64,000 nt of DNA, taken from positions 310,001 to 374,000 of the forward strand of contig KV454015.1 of assembly GCA_001661245.1 (NCBI GenBank), written 5' to 3'. The number at the start of each line of letters is the position of its first letter. Positions within the stretch are counted from its first letter, which is position 1. The translations under genes were made by a program, and so were the position numbers. This DNA is from Pachysolen tannophilus NRRL Y-2460 (taxonomy: Eukaryota). The notes below the pieces were generated by a model. That model worked only from the letters and a program-made list of their open reading frames with translations. It was not told the origin of the DNA and did not search any database. Shown piece by piece: positions 11,136-23,290 of this stretch.

Positions 11136-12647
11136 TTAATCTTTTGGACCAATCATTTTTTCTGGTCTAACCCATTCGTCAAATTCTTTTTCACTCAAGA
11201 CACCTAATTCTAAAGCAGATTGTTTTAAAGTTAATCCATGTTTATGAGCATATTTTGCAGTTTTACTAGCAGCATCGTAACCAATTTTTGGGTTTAATGC
11301 AGTAACTAACATTAATGATTCATGTAATAATTTATCAATTTTTTCTTTATTTGCCTTAATACCATCAACACAATGAATTCTAAATGAATTTGAACCATCT
11401 GCTAATAATCTAATTGAAGATAATAAGTTTGAAATTAATACAGGTTTAAAAACGTTTAATTCGAATTGACCAGAAGCACCAGCAAATGTGATTGTTGAAT
11501 TATTACCAAAAACTTGAGTAGCAATCATTGTTAAAGCTTCATTTTGAGTTGGATTAACTTTACCAGGCATAATTGAAGAACCTGGTTCATTTTCTGGTAA
11601 TGATAATTCACCATAACCACATCTTGGACCTGAACCCAAGTATCTAATATCATTTGCAATTTTAAACAATGATGCAGCAACTGTATTTAAAGCACCTGAA
11701 GCTTCAACAATTGCATCATGAGCAGCCAATGCTTCGAATTTATTTGGTGCTGTATAAAATTGTAAACCAGTTAATTTAGAAACTTCTTTTGCAATTGCTT
11801 CAGGGAAACCTTTTTTAGTATTTAAACCAGTACCAACAGCAGTACCACCTTGAGCTAAAAATCTTAAATGTTCTAAACAATTTTCAACTCTCAGAATACC
11901 ATTTGTTAATTGTTGAACATAACCAGAAAATTCTTGACCAAGAGTTAATGGAGTTGCATCTTGTAAATGAGTTCTACCAATTTTAATAATTGATGAAAAT
12001 TCTTTTGATTTTTCATTTAAAGAATCTCTTAATGCAATTAAAGAAGGTAATAAATTATTTGAAATTTCTGTAACTGCTGCAATATGCATAACAGTTGGGA
12101 AAGTATCATTTGAAGATTGAGATAAATTAACATGATCATTTGGATGAACAGGTTTTTTAGAACCTAATTTACCACCAAGTATTTCAATTGCTCTATTAGA
12201 AATAACTTCATTTGCATTCATATTAGATTGAGTACCTGAACCAGTTTGGAAAACAACTAATGGGAAATGATCCAATAATTTCCCCTCATAAACTTCTGTT
12301 GCAGCTTGTTTAATTGCATTTGCTAATTTTGGATCTAAAGTACCATTAGCTTCATTAACAGTGGCTGCAGCTTTTTTCAATATACCAAAAGCATGAATAA
12401 CAGGTTCTGGCATTTTTTCTCTAATACCACCAATTTTAAAATTTTGATATGAACGTTGAGTTTGTGCACCCCAATATTTTTCATCAGGAACTTCAATTTC
12501 ACCAAAAGCATCAGTCTCAGTTCTTAATAAATAAGAACTAGAATGTAACTCACGACATGATAAATTTTCAATTCTAGAAATTTTAGAAATTTTAGAAACC
12601 CTAGAAACTTTAGAAGCAATTGAAAATGATAATGAACCTCTCAACAT
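11136..12647 (-). CDS. FUM1: Fumarate hydratase class II with mitochondrial presequence
   Basis: [39 protein letters not shown] and the signature [14 protein letters not shown] (MLRGSL) at 12647. Confidence 0.97.
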   Translation of the reverse strand: MLRGSLSFSIASKVSRVSKISKISRIENLSCRELHSSSYLLRTETDAFGEIEVPDEKYWGAQTQRSYQNFKIGGIREKMPEPVIHAFGILKKAAATVNEANGTLDPKLANAIKQAATEVYEGKLLDHFPLVVFQTGSGTQSNMNANEVISNRAIEILGGKLGSKKPVHPNDHVNLSQSSNDTFPTVMHIAAVTEISNNLLPSLIALRDSLNEKSKEFSSIIKIGRTHLQDATPLTLGQEFSGYVQQLTNGILRVENCLEHLRFLAQGGTAVGTGLNTKKGFPEAIAKEVSKLTGLQFYTAPNKFEALAAHDAIVEASGALNTVAASLFKIANDIRYLGSGPRCGYGELSLPENEPGSSIMPGKVNPTQNEALTMIATQVFGNNSTITFAGASGQFELNVFKPVLISNLLSSIRLLADGSNSFRIHCVDGIKANKEKIDKLLHESLMLVTALNPKIGYDAASKTAKYAHKHGLTLKQSALELGVLSEKEFDEWVRPEKMIGPKD

Positions 12648-13263
12648 TTTTTTCCCCTTCAATACTCTTTTATATATATATATACACTTATCTATCTTAT
12701 TCACAAAGAATAAAACAAAAGAAGATAAAACTTTTTTTTTTAAAAAAAAAAAAAAAATAAAATTGAATAATCAATACTAGTAATTTATTGGCAAATTCAA
12801 ATATTATATAAATTCCCAGTTTCCGTCTTGTTCTTCTTGCTCTTCTTCTTCTTCTTGTTCTGCTTACTTTTTGACCCAAAAAGCTTTAAAAACTCTTAAA
12901 AAAAATGACTTTTTTGCATTTTCATACGGATCCGAGAAAAGAAAAGTAAAAAAAAAAATACAAAAAAAAAAACGGGCGGAAAAACGGGCGGAAAATTGAA
13001 TGGGCGGGAAAATCAAACGGTCGGGCTTTGAAATCGGCCTTTGGGGGCGGCGGCGGTCTTTTTTTTTTTCTGGGCTTTTTTTTTTGGGCTCTTTCTTCTA
13101 GGCTATTGGGCGGCTTACACGACCGCCTATTTCCTTGGTCGTTAGCCCCGGTAATTGGTGGTGATGATGGTGGACAGAAGAGAAGAGAAGAGAAATTAAA
13201 GAAGTAGTCATCTCTCATCACCAGCGACAACAACAAGCAAGTAAATATATATTGGTTATTGGT

Positions 13264-14724
13264 ATGGATAAGGATATTTTATTTTCTATTGATCATTCTG
13301 GTGGGATTCACTCGATTACCAAGGAGTTGAGGAAAGATTCTAGGTCTCTTCGAAATCGATTACAATCGATAATTTTTGATTCTAAATTTATTATTAATAC
13401 TGTTAAAGTTCTTTATAGTGGAAGACCATTAATTCCAAATGAAAGATGTGGGTTATGGTATGTTTCACCTGAAGAAATGTATGATTCGTGTTATTTTAAA
13501 TCTACTGATGGACATACTGGACAATGGAATTTTTCAACAAGAAGATTAAATTCTCATTTATTACCAATTATACAAGAAAATAATGGTATTATAATTGTTG
13601 ACTCTACACGTCGTGGTAAAAGTATGCCAGATTCTTTATCTAAAACTGTACCAATATGGTGTGCTGTAATCAATTATATAATGTTTGGTGAAAGGAAAAC
13701 TACAATAAATAATAATGGAAATGAAAATTGGTTATATATTCCACCAGAAATTATTTCAAAATCTGAATATTCACAAATTAATATATTAATTCCAAAATTT
13801 GCTGAAAAATGTTTAAAATTAAGGGTTTTCACAAAAGAAGAATTAATTAATATTTTAAATAATAAACCATTAAGACCTTTTTGGTGTCATCCTAAACAAT
13901 TACCTTTTGAACCATTTGATTGTAAAATTGAAAAATTTCATCCAATTATATGTTGTACTGCAAGTTTAATGTGTCAAGATGGAATAAAAATTTTTAAAGA
14001 TTTTACTTATGTTCAAGGTGCAGCAGATGATCATGAATTATGGTCTCCATCACCATTATTTAATTCAAAAATTTTTTGGCAAAATATTGATTTTTTCCAA
14101 AATTCTTCAATTTTAACAAATGAACAATTAATACAAAAAATTGAAGAATTAATCAAAATAAATAATTCACAACAACAAAATTCATTAATTATTAAAGATT
14201 TAATTCATTTAATTCCAACAAATATTTATTATGGAGAAATTTGTGGTGAAATTATAAATAAAAAATTATTAGAAAATTATGATTTATCAATAATTTTTAC
14301 AAATTCTTTTAAAACAGATTTTTTAAATAATTATCAATATCAACTGATGATAATGGAATTGGAAAATGAAAATTTTGACAAACTACCAAATATCATTTAT
14401 ATTCCATTCTCAAATAATAAAAAAAATTATAAAGAATTCCGTAACATTGTGCCCATCTTAGTCAACATATTTGAAAAAAAATTACACCAGATAACAAATA
14501 GCAAATTCCTAATACTCTCAGAAACTACTCAGGATCTATCCATAGGATTAATCTTATGCATCTTATGTCGAAACTACAATCTACAATGGGAACTCCAAAA
14601 TTTTCCAACAACAATCACAAAAGATATCATCAGACAACACCTAAACTCCATAACAAAAATCAAAAGAGTCAACCCAAGCAGAGCCATCCTCAACAGCTGC
14701 AACTCATTTCTATTCCAACCCTAG
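13264..14724 (+). CDS. RIT1: tRNA A64-2'-O-ribosylphosphate transferase
   Basis: NERCGLWY, YFKSTDGH, VDSTRRGKSMPDSLSKTVPIW, YVQGAADDHELW and NPSRA motifs; adjacent to AEP2-GPI12-CAT8 as in S. cerevisiae. Confidence 0.93.
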   Translation: MDKDILFSIDHSGGIHSITKELRKDSRSLRNRLQSIIFDSKFIINTVKVLYSGRPLIPNERCGLWYVSPEEMYDSCYFKSTDGHTGQWNFSTRRLNSHLLPIIQENNGIIIVDSTRRGKSMPDSLSKTVPIWCAVINYIMFGERKTTINNNGNENWLYIPPEIISKSEYSQINILIPKFAEKCLKLRVFTKEELINILNNKPLRPFWCHPKQLPFEPFDCKIEKFHPIICCTASLMCQDGIKIFKDFTYVQGAADDHELWSPSPLFNSKIFWQNIDFFQNSSILTNEQLIQKIEELIKINNSQQQNSLIIKDLIHLIPTNIYYGEICGEIINKKLLENYDLSIIFTNSFKTDFLNNYQYQLMIMELENENFDKLPNIIYIPFSNNKKNYKEFRNIVPILVNIFEKKLHQITNSKFLILSETTQDLSIGLILCILCRNYNLQWELQNFPTTITKDIIRQHLNSITKIKRVNPSRAILNSCNSFLFQP

Positions 14725-15081
14725 TCATCGCCATTACCATTACCATCTCCATTACCATCTCCATTACCACCACCATCTTCGCCATCTTTATCATTAACGT
14801 CGGATGCATAGGTCGTGTACATTTGCTCAAATAGTTTTCTTCTTTTTTTATTTTTTTCCGGTAAAAATTTTCGATTTTTCAATTGGTTTTTTTGAAAAGT
14901 TGTTAAACAAGGGGAAAAATCCTAATGTAGAAGAACAACGTAATGAAAATAAAATAAAAAGGTATAAAAAGTTTAATACTAGTAATCGAATAGAATAAGA
15001 AGAAGAATAGTGTTGAGTATTCTCTGGTGTGGTAGAAGGAGGATATATATACATACATATATATATATAAAAATATATTAG

Positions 15082-16830
15082 ATGTTGTTGTTATTTTCGT
15101 CGTCGATAGTAACAACAGCCAAATGTTGTTGTAGGAATTTTCCTAAAAGGAATGTTTCTTCAGCTATTTCAATACCTTTAGAAGTAGTACCCAATCATGA
15201 ATCTACATCGTTAAAGAAAAAAGATTTTATTTCGAAATTGAATATGAATTCTAATAAAGATTTAGAGTCTGGAATTAGAAATAATAATCTTGAGCATGAA
15301 GAAGAAAAAGAAGGTAGTTATACGGAACTTGTATCTAATTTATTTCAATTTAATGATGTTGAAATTTCATCAATAAACAATTATAATTTACTTGGTCAAA
15401 GACCAAAAAATTTCATTAATGAACATCATAATACAGCAGGTTTAATTACTAAAAAATTAAAAGAATATTTATTTACAAATAAATTTGAATTATTATTAAA
15501 AGAATTTGATGAATTAATAATTGGTGGTACAAATAAATTAGAATTTATATCTACAGATGAATTAAATCTTATATTACTTAAATGTATTGATTATCAATTG
15601 AGTCAGTTGAATACACATATTTATGAAGCTTATTATAAAGAGATACCAAGATTTAATAAAAATAATGCATTAATAAGAAGTCAAATTAATAAAATATATG
15701 ATTATATTAAACTGCAAGATAAACTTGATTTAATTTCAATAAAAAGTTTTGAAAAATTGATTGAATTACAAATTAAAAATTTTCATTTAAATTATGGAAT
15801 TTCAATTTTAAATGATTTTGAAAATTTAACAAATTTAAAACTTAATACAAATTTATATAATTTAAAATTACAATTAATTGGTGGTGCATTACCAATTTTT
15901 TGGGATTCAAATCATCTTTTCATGAGTAATAAAATTAAAGATTGTTCACCAAGACAACAGATTGATTCTGCAGCATTATTGAAAACACTTACAGAAAATA
16001 AATCAATTATACCTGATTTAAAAACATATGAATTTTTAATTTTAAGTATGGGAAAATCAAGAAATTTACCATTATTAAGACAATTTATTTTTAAAATATG
16101 GGGGATAAATAATAATAATAATAATAATAATAATTTTGAAATTGAAAAAAAATTATTATTAAATAAAAATTCAATTTTTTATCCTGATCATAAAATATTA
16201 AGAGCAATTTTAAATTCATTTAGTTATAATAATGAATTTTTTGAAGGTATAAATTATGTTAATATTTTTTTAAAAAATTATAAATTAATTAATTTACAAA
16301 ATAATCCTAATTTTTGGTTAAATTTATTTAAATGGGGGAATTTGTTTTTAAGAAAACAAAAACTTAATTTGAAAAAAAAGCAAAGAACTAAACTTGTAGA
16401 TGATTTATGGTCATTAATGATAAGTTTAAATACTAAACCAACATTATCCTTATATAAAGAAAAATTACAATATTTAAAATTTGAAACAAGATTAAAAGCT
16501 ATAATTGATACATTACCAGAAATATATGAACTTTATATAGCAACAAGAATGTCACCATTACATAGAGCCCATGAAAATTTATTGGTTCGTTACTTACATG
16601 TAATCATTATGATTCAAGTTAGGAAAAGTGGATTACAACCTCATAAATTTCATGAACAATCAAGATTATTAATTGAACATTGGTGTCCTTTAAAAATGAA
16701 ACTGGATATGATTGCATTTTGTGAACTGAAATATGAATATTTCGGGAAACAATTCAAACTTAACGCACTTAGTAGGCAAAAGAAAATGTTTGAAGATGAT
16801 GATGAAGAAACGTTTTTAGGATTATGGTGA
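15082..16830 (+). CDS. AEP2: Mitochondrial ATP9 mRNA translation/stability factor Aep2/Atp13 (PPR-like)
   Basis: Helical basic protein with IWGI, YP....L.AI..SF and acidic C-terminus DDDEETFLGLW; lies between RIT1 and GPI12. Confidence 0.75.
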   Translation: MLLLFSSSIVTTAKCCCRNFPKRNVSSAISIPLEVVPNHESTSLKKKDFISKLNMNSNKDLESGIRNNNLEHEEEKEGSYTELVSNLFQFNDVEISSINNYNLLGQRPKNFINEHHNTAGLITKKLKEYLFTNKFELLLKEFDELIIGGTNKLEFISTDELNLILLKCIDYQLSQLNTHIYEAYYKEIPRFNKNNALIRSQINKIYDYIKLQDKLDLISIKSFEKLIELQIKNFHLNYGISILNDFENLTNLKLNTNLYNLKLQLIGGALPIFWDSNHLFMSNKIKDCSPRQQIDSAALLKTLTENKSIIPDLKTYEFLILSMGKSRNLPLLRQFIFKIWGINNNNNNNNNFEIEKKLLLNKNSIFYPDHKILRAILNSFSYNNEFFEGINYVNIFLKNYKLINLQNNPNFWLNLFKWGNLFLRKQKLNLKKKQRTKLVDDLWSLMISLNTKPTLSLYKEKLQYLKFETRLKAIIDTLPEIYELYIATRMSPLHRAHENLLVRYLHVIIMIQVRKSGLQPHKFHEQSRLLIEHWCPLKMKLDMIAFCELKYEYFGKQFKLNALSRQKKMFEDDDEETFLGLW

Positions 16831-16948
16831 ATTAAACAAAAAAGTAAAAGTTTTTTTTTTTTTTATATTATTTTAGAAATTATATATAGACTTTTTTTCT
16901 TTTTTGCTTTTAAAAAAAAAAAAAGTAAATGTCTTTTAAAAAAAATTT

Positions 16949-17947
16949 TTATAGATTGACTTTAACCAATTGATTTGAATTCAAATATTTACTAAAAAAT
17001 AACCAACCGTATCTAAACCAAACCATTTGAGAATAATGACCATAAGTCATTGATGCCATACTTACAAACCACATGTTCAAATTAGAAAAAATCCAAATTG
17101 AATCATTTTGTTGTTTTTGTTTTATATCTAAAAAAAATGATGGTAACCAATTTTGAGAATTTAAAAATGGTTTTAATAAATTTTTAAAATAAATACGATT
17201 TAATAATTGAAAATTTGTTAATGCTGTAAAACTATATTTTATTAAAAAATTCCAAGTTTTCAAATTCCACATTGGTAAATTATTTTCTTTAGAAAATTTT
17301 AAAGTAGCATAATAAATTGATTTATGATTTGGATGATTTGAAATACCAAATTCATCAAATGTAATTAAAGTTATCTTTTCATTTTTTCCAATTTTTCCAT
17401 TTTTTTCAGAAATTATAATTTTTTTTAATTCTAAATATATTTCATCTTTATCCCAATTAATTTTAATATCATCTTTAAATCTATTTTCATCATTTATTAT
17501 TATAGTATCATTTATACCTAATATTCTATTACTTTTTAATAATTCTTTTTCTCTTAAATTTCCTAAATTCATAAAATTTCCATTTGAAAAACAAATTAAT
17601 TTAACAATATTATTATATTTAAATTTTGTTAATTCTATTATAGATGGACTGAAGAACATAACTTCATCATCTGGATGAGCTGTGATAACATATATAGTTG
17701 AATCCATAAGTTCCGGTTCTGCAACAATTGATCTTTCATTTATATCTAATAACCAAAATTTTCCATCACCAGTACCACTACCAGTATTAGTACTACTAGT
17801 TATAGTTGAAAGCTTTGTATAATCAGCATCATAATTTTTCCTTGTTAAAAGTGCAGGAAGTACGGTAGAAAGAAGAATCCACAGAAAATAGCATATTGGC
17901 AACTTGCACAGTAACTTATGACAAATTTTTTTAATTAAAGCTACCAT
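16949..17947 (-). CDS. GPI12: N-acetylglucosaminyl-phosphatidylinositol de-N-acetylase (PIG-L)
   Basis: N-terminal transmembrane segment, AHPDDEVMFFSP, TFDEFGISNHPNH and HYSQMVWFR. Confidence 0.93.
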   Translation of the reverse strand: MVALIKKICHKLLCKLPICYFLWILLSTVLPALLTRKNYDADYTKLSTITSSTNTGSGTGDGKFWLLDINERSIVAEPELMDSTIYVITAHPDDEVMFFSPSIIELTKFKYNNIVKLICFSNGNFMNLGNLREKELLKSNRILGINDTIIINDENRFKDDIKINWDKDEIYLELKKIIISEKNGKIGKNEKITLITFDEFGISNHPNHKSIYYATLKFSKENNLPMWNLKTWNFLIKYSFTALTNFQLLNRIYFKNLLKPFLNSQNWLPSFFLDIKQKQQNDSIWIFSNLNMWFVSMASMTYGHYSQMVWFRYGWLFFSKYLNSNQLVKVNL

Positions 17948-18162
17948 TTTCCCCTACCGCTGTTTAAATTTTTTTTTATTTAAATCAAACAAAAAAAAGA
18001 GAATCTTATTATTAACAATTTTCCTTTTATTTACGTATATGCTTTGAAATATGCAGTATTTTAACATAAAAACGATTTAAACGAAACAAAAGAAAAGAAA
18101 AGAAAAGAAAAATTTTGATAAAAATATTTGCACGACATAGCAAAGTAAAAAAATTTACGTCC

Positions 18163-18245
18163 TGCACCATCTACACCATTTGCACCATCTGCACTACCTG
18201 CACTACCTGCATCCTACACCATTTACACCATTTACATCCCACACC
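18163..18245. repeat. Degenerate 9-bp tandem repeat (TRCACCATY)n
   Basis: tgcaccatc tacaccatt tgcaccatc tgcactacc tgcactacc tgcatcc tacaccatt tacaccatt tacatcc cacacc. Confidence 0.85.
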
Positions 18246-18582
18246 TCGAGTTTTTTAGCAGAAACTAAAAAAAAAAAAAAAAAAATTTTTCCTATTTTTA
18301 CAGTACTATAAAACATAAGCAATTCATCAAAGTTTTGTCTCAAGTTTTTAAATTAATTTTAAATAAGTTCCCACCATATTGGTTATCAATTAATTCTACA
18401 AATTGACGGGAAAAGATTTTCCGTACAACCATTAAACCAGATATAAAATTAGTATATTTAATTATTAAATACTACAACAATCTAATAAGAAAACTAAGAA
18501 AACTAAGATTAATTTTTAGAATTGTTGGGATAAATAACTGGGATCTACATACAATAAGTAATTTAATATAATAATATCCTTT

Positions 18583-18716
18583 CCCCGGTGTATAATAGTA
18601 CTTAACTTATTTTCACGTTTCTACAAGATGAGATAACAAAGCAAATTTTTTAGTGGTTGATTATATGTGGGGTGATTGACACGTATATGAGGTTATCCTA
18701 ATTTCCCCAGGTTTTA
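18583..18716. promoter_or_regulatory. Mig1-type GC boxes upstream of CAT8
   Basis: TTATATGTGGGG (18661-18672) and CCCCAGGTTTTA (18705-18716) match WWWWWN-SYGGGG; weaker CCCCGG at 18583. CAT8 is a known Mig1 target in other yeasts. Confidence 0.55.
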
Positions 18717-19195
18717 TTAATATTATTAACGGCGCTTAGCAATACATTGATATTATAGATATAGATATAATAGATGCCATATATGAATTGAGTTTCCATC
18801 ACATGTGTAGCATCAATGTGTTAATGATAATTCTAAGCACAACAAAGAATCAGATCATTTATTTTCATTGTTTTTTTTACTAGATAATTTTTTTTGAAAT
18901 TTTTATATTAGTTTTTGTATCTGCCATTTTTTTGTTGTCGTTGTTGTTGTGGTTTTTCAAAGAAGAAAAAACCTTTTTTTTCTGCCTGACTCACTCACTC
19001 AGTCAATTTTTACTTTTTCTTTTTCTTTTTCTTTTTGCTTGAATATAATTCTCTCATTGCTGTATTGATAACTAACTAAACTACTAATTAAAAGTGATTT
19101 GATTTATACAAGATTTATTGGCGGTTACTTTAAATAGTGGATTTTTTCCTTTTAAATTTATTTATTTTAATCGCAGAGTGGTATAGTATCTGATT

Positions 19196-22100
19196 ATGGT
19201 GGAAAAAAACCTGAAACTGCAAACTCCGTATGTTTTAAATTCATTTATTTTTAAATTGAATATATAATATAAAAGCTTGTTTAAATTTCTTTGTCTTTCT
19301 TTATTACTAACAATTGTTTATATATTTATAGGAAAACAATAAAGACTCCTGGTTCTTCTATAGAACGAGTCAGTCAGGCATGTGATCGATGTAGGGCGAA
19401 AAAAACTAGATGTGATGGGAAAAAACCTTGTTCTCAATGTGTTGCTGTTGGTTTTGAATGTAAAATTAGTGATAAATTATCTAGAAGAGCATTTCCTAGA
19501 GGTTATACTGAAACTTTAGAAGAAAGAATAAGAGAATTGGAATTTCAAAATAAAAAACTTCAAAAATTGGTTGATTTGAAAAATGAACAATTTGAACTAA
19601 CTCAAAGAATGGATAAAGATCAATTGACAAATGAAAATTTAAGACTTTTAAACTCTGGTGGAGTATCTTCAAATATTTCTTCTTCTTCTGCTGCAACTGC
19701 TGCTGCTGGTCTTCCTCCTCTCCGAGGTACTGGTGCCACAGCTGGTTCTACTACTTCTAATCCCCTTGAAACTAGAGGTTCTAATGCTGCTATGGGCTCA
19801 ATGTCCGAACATTCAAATGTTCATGAACATGATCATGAAGGGCCGTGTTGTTGTAATAATTACCCACACTCTGTCCATGAAAGACCAGTTTCCATTGCAG
19901 GTTCTGTGGATTTTGATACAGCTGAATTGAGTGATGATGAATCTTTATTAAATGATCCAGTTGGTAATAATCGTCATTTACAATTTCAAAATGATGGATC
20001 ATTGGTAAATTCTTTAAGAAGAGATAGATATAATTCTGGTTATAATATTTCATTTGAACAAATAAATGCTCCAGGTGCTGCTGCTGCTATATCAATTCAA
20101 AATAAAATGCAAAATAAAAATTTTATTAACTTGTCAACATTAGTAGCAATGTCAATACCAAGAACTACAGAAGAAACTTTATTTATTCCAAGTTTATTGG
20201 CTAAAATTTGTAATGTTCATGGTTTTAATTCAAAAGCTGCTTATTTAACTGCTAAATCAATTGCAGGTTTAAAAGAAAGTTATCAAGAAGCAAATGATAA
20301 TTCTGAACAATTTGAAAAAATTATTTCATTTAAAAATATTAATTTTAATAGATTAACAAAACAACAATCATTAGAATTTTTCCAGAATTTAAATTTACCA
20401 AATCAAATTAATTTAGATTTATTTCTAACACATTTCTTTGATAATTGGAATAAAGTTATGCCTGTTTTAAATAAACAAAGTTTTTTAAATAAATATTTCA
20501 AATTTAACAAAAGTAGAGAAGTTAATTTCCAAGATGGTGCTATGTATGGTGATGAAAAATTTGCAGAAACTTTAATCTTGATTATAACATTAGTTATGTT
20601 AAGTCAAGAAAGAAGTAATTCATCTTCAACACTTAAAAGAGAAGATACAAATAATAATGGTGAAAATATAAAAAATCAAACATCTGGTAAAAATCTGTTG
20701 AATAATTCAGATCCATTTAATTCTCATTCTGATACTTTTTTAAATTGTCCTAAAATTTTTAGAGATAATAGTAATTTTGAAATTTTACAATATTATGATC
20801 ATATAATTCATGAATTTATTATTTCGAATATTTCAAGTGTTAGTTCATTAACAACTTTACAAAATCTTTCTTTAGAATTATTATATTGTTTAAGTATTGG
20901 GGATTTAACTACTTCATATGAAATTAGAGGAAAATTAATTACAATGGGTCAACAGTTAAGATTACATAGATGTCCATCAGCTGTATTGGGAAATAATGGT
21001 TCTACTGTTAGTACTTTACAACAAGGTGAAAGAAGAATTTTATTTTGGTGTATATATACTTTGGATACTTTTAGTGCATTGATCTTGGGAGTTCCAAGAT
21101 TATTAAAAGATTATGAAATTGAATGTGCTTTACCATTTAGTAATGAAGATAATTTAAAAGAAGGGCACCTCAAAAATGGGAATCAAGATGGACAAAACAT
21201 GCAAAGCGTACAAAATACTGGTAATGATACTGATGAAACTAATATGGTTGTTATTAATAATAATACTTTATCATTAGTTGGTAAAGTTTGTAATTTAGCA
21301 TTGGCAGTAATGAGATATTCTAAAATCTTGGGTAATATTGTTGATTCAATTTTTAGAAGAACTAATATTGATGATATTAATTCCAAAAAAAAATTTTTAC
21401 ATGAAGAGTCATCATTAATATATGAAAATTTATTAGATACTTGGAGAAAAAATTTACCTCCAACTTTAATATTTGAACTTGATTCTAATGGTATTTTGAA
21501 AAATAATGAATATAGTAAATTATCAGAAAAACAATTATTATTAGTTTTTTTATATTATTATGCCAAAATTTTAATTTATTTACCAATAATGTCAACTGAT
21601 GATAATTCAACCAAAGGTTCTTCATCTTATATAATCATACAACAATCAACAGGTGCATTATTAAATATAACAAATATTCTTTCATCTCATCAAAAAAATT
21701 ATTATTATTTACCATTACCTTTAAATTTATCAAGAGAAAAAGCAAGATTTGCATTATTATCTGCAAAGGGAACTTTAGAATATACTAGAGGAGGTGCATT
21801 ATTTCAAGATTCTAAAGCTTTATTACAAAGTATCATAAATGAATTAAAAATTGAAAACGGTATTGGTATGTTAGGATGCCTTAGTGATAATTGTATCGAA
21901 ACTTTGGACAGTGCTATTGAGGCTATATTAAGTTCACCTGCAAAGGATAATGTGAATTCAAATTCAAGTAGAAGAGGTTCAATTAAGAAATCGTCAAAAA
22001 CACAAATGGGACATTCTGTTTCACCTTCCAGTGCTATAACTGTTCCTGCTAGTAATGAAACATCATCCTTGAATAAGCAAAACTCTGATATCAAGTCTGA

Positions 22101-22788
22101 AAACACCGATACTGTGCCTGGTGACGTTTTCAAAATGCCTCATACACCTAATAATAACAATATTAGCAACTCGCCTACTTCTAACATTTTACAAAGAAAC
22201 CTTCCAAACACAATTCAAAGCCAACTGAGGTCTTCGTCGTTTTCTCAATCCCAGCATCAACAATCACCAGTGAACAGCAACAACTACCCTTCTTTAAACA
22301 ACTTTGTATCTACAAATTCATTAAATGGAGTTCCTGTTCTGCAGCAGCAACAGCAGCAGCAACAACAACAACAACCACAACAACGCCAACAATCTTTGCA
22401 GCAAAACCAAAAAAACGGATATAACAACAACAATTTATTCAATAATAACCAACTAATGGACTTCATAGTGGATGGGTCCTTAGGTTTACCGTCTCTTTTG
22501 GATTTTGATTTTGATTTTGATTTCAGCCGCAGTAATAATAACACTTCGCCAATGCCGCAGCAACTACAGCACATTGGCAGCGGCAACAGCAACTTCAGTG
22601 ACAGCACACCATCTTCCTACCCAAGTGCAAACAACGACTTTGGCAAATTCGAAGATGACGATCACGAAATGGCAGACATAAAACCGGATCACCTGGAGGT
22701 TGAAGTAGCTCACAGAAGTGGAAGTTTATTCAGCTGGCAACAGCAATCTGTTCCCCAACAGTCCCAACAACAACAACAACAACAATAG
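19196..22788 (+). CDS. CAT8: Zn(II)2Cys6 transcription factor Cat8; two exons 19196-19227 and 19332-22788 (about 1162 aa)
   Basis: [21 protein letters not shown].....[23 protein letters not shown] and [10 protein letters not shown]. Intron GTATGT(19228)..TACTAAC(19305)..TAG(19331) joins the ATG at 19196 in frame. Confidence 0.92.
19228..19331 (+). other. Spliceosomal intron of CAT8 (104 nt)
   Basis: Canonical GTATGT donor, TACTAAC branch point and TAG acceptor; phase-2 join (cc|g) restores the frame. Confidence 0.9.
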
Positions 22789-23290
22789 ATAGATTAATAG
22801 ATACATACATACGTACATACATATATAGCCCCCATAACCTATGACACATTGTGCCCCCGTTATTCTTTTATGTTCTGTAGTCCATTTCTTCCTCATGTCA
22901 ACGTTGGATCAGTTGTTGCACATTCCATTTAGCACACTTCCTAATCAGGAATTTTCTTGATTTGGATATTTCCTCTTTTGGTCATTTCTGAGTTTTTCCG
23001 ATTTTCTTGTTCTTGTTCTGCTTGCGACTATTATAAATAATACCAGGGAAATTAAATATTACCATTCTTTTTTTGTTAAATCGAACTAAATAAGATTGAA
23101 GTTAGCATTAATCGATAAGGTTTAAATCTTTTGGTATTAGATAGCATTGTTAGATTGCTTTCATATAATATATAATTTTTGTTATATTCTATTAATTGTT
23201 TGATTATTAAATTTTTCAAAGTTGTTATTTCAGGTGATTTAAGTTTAGAAAGAATAGTTTAATATTGTTTCTTTTATCTATAGATAAGCT

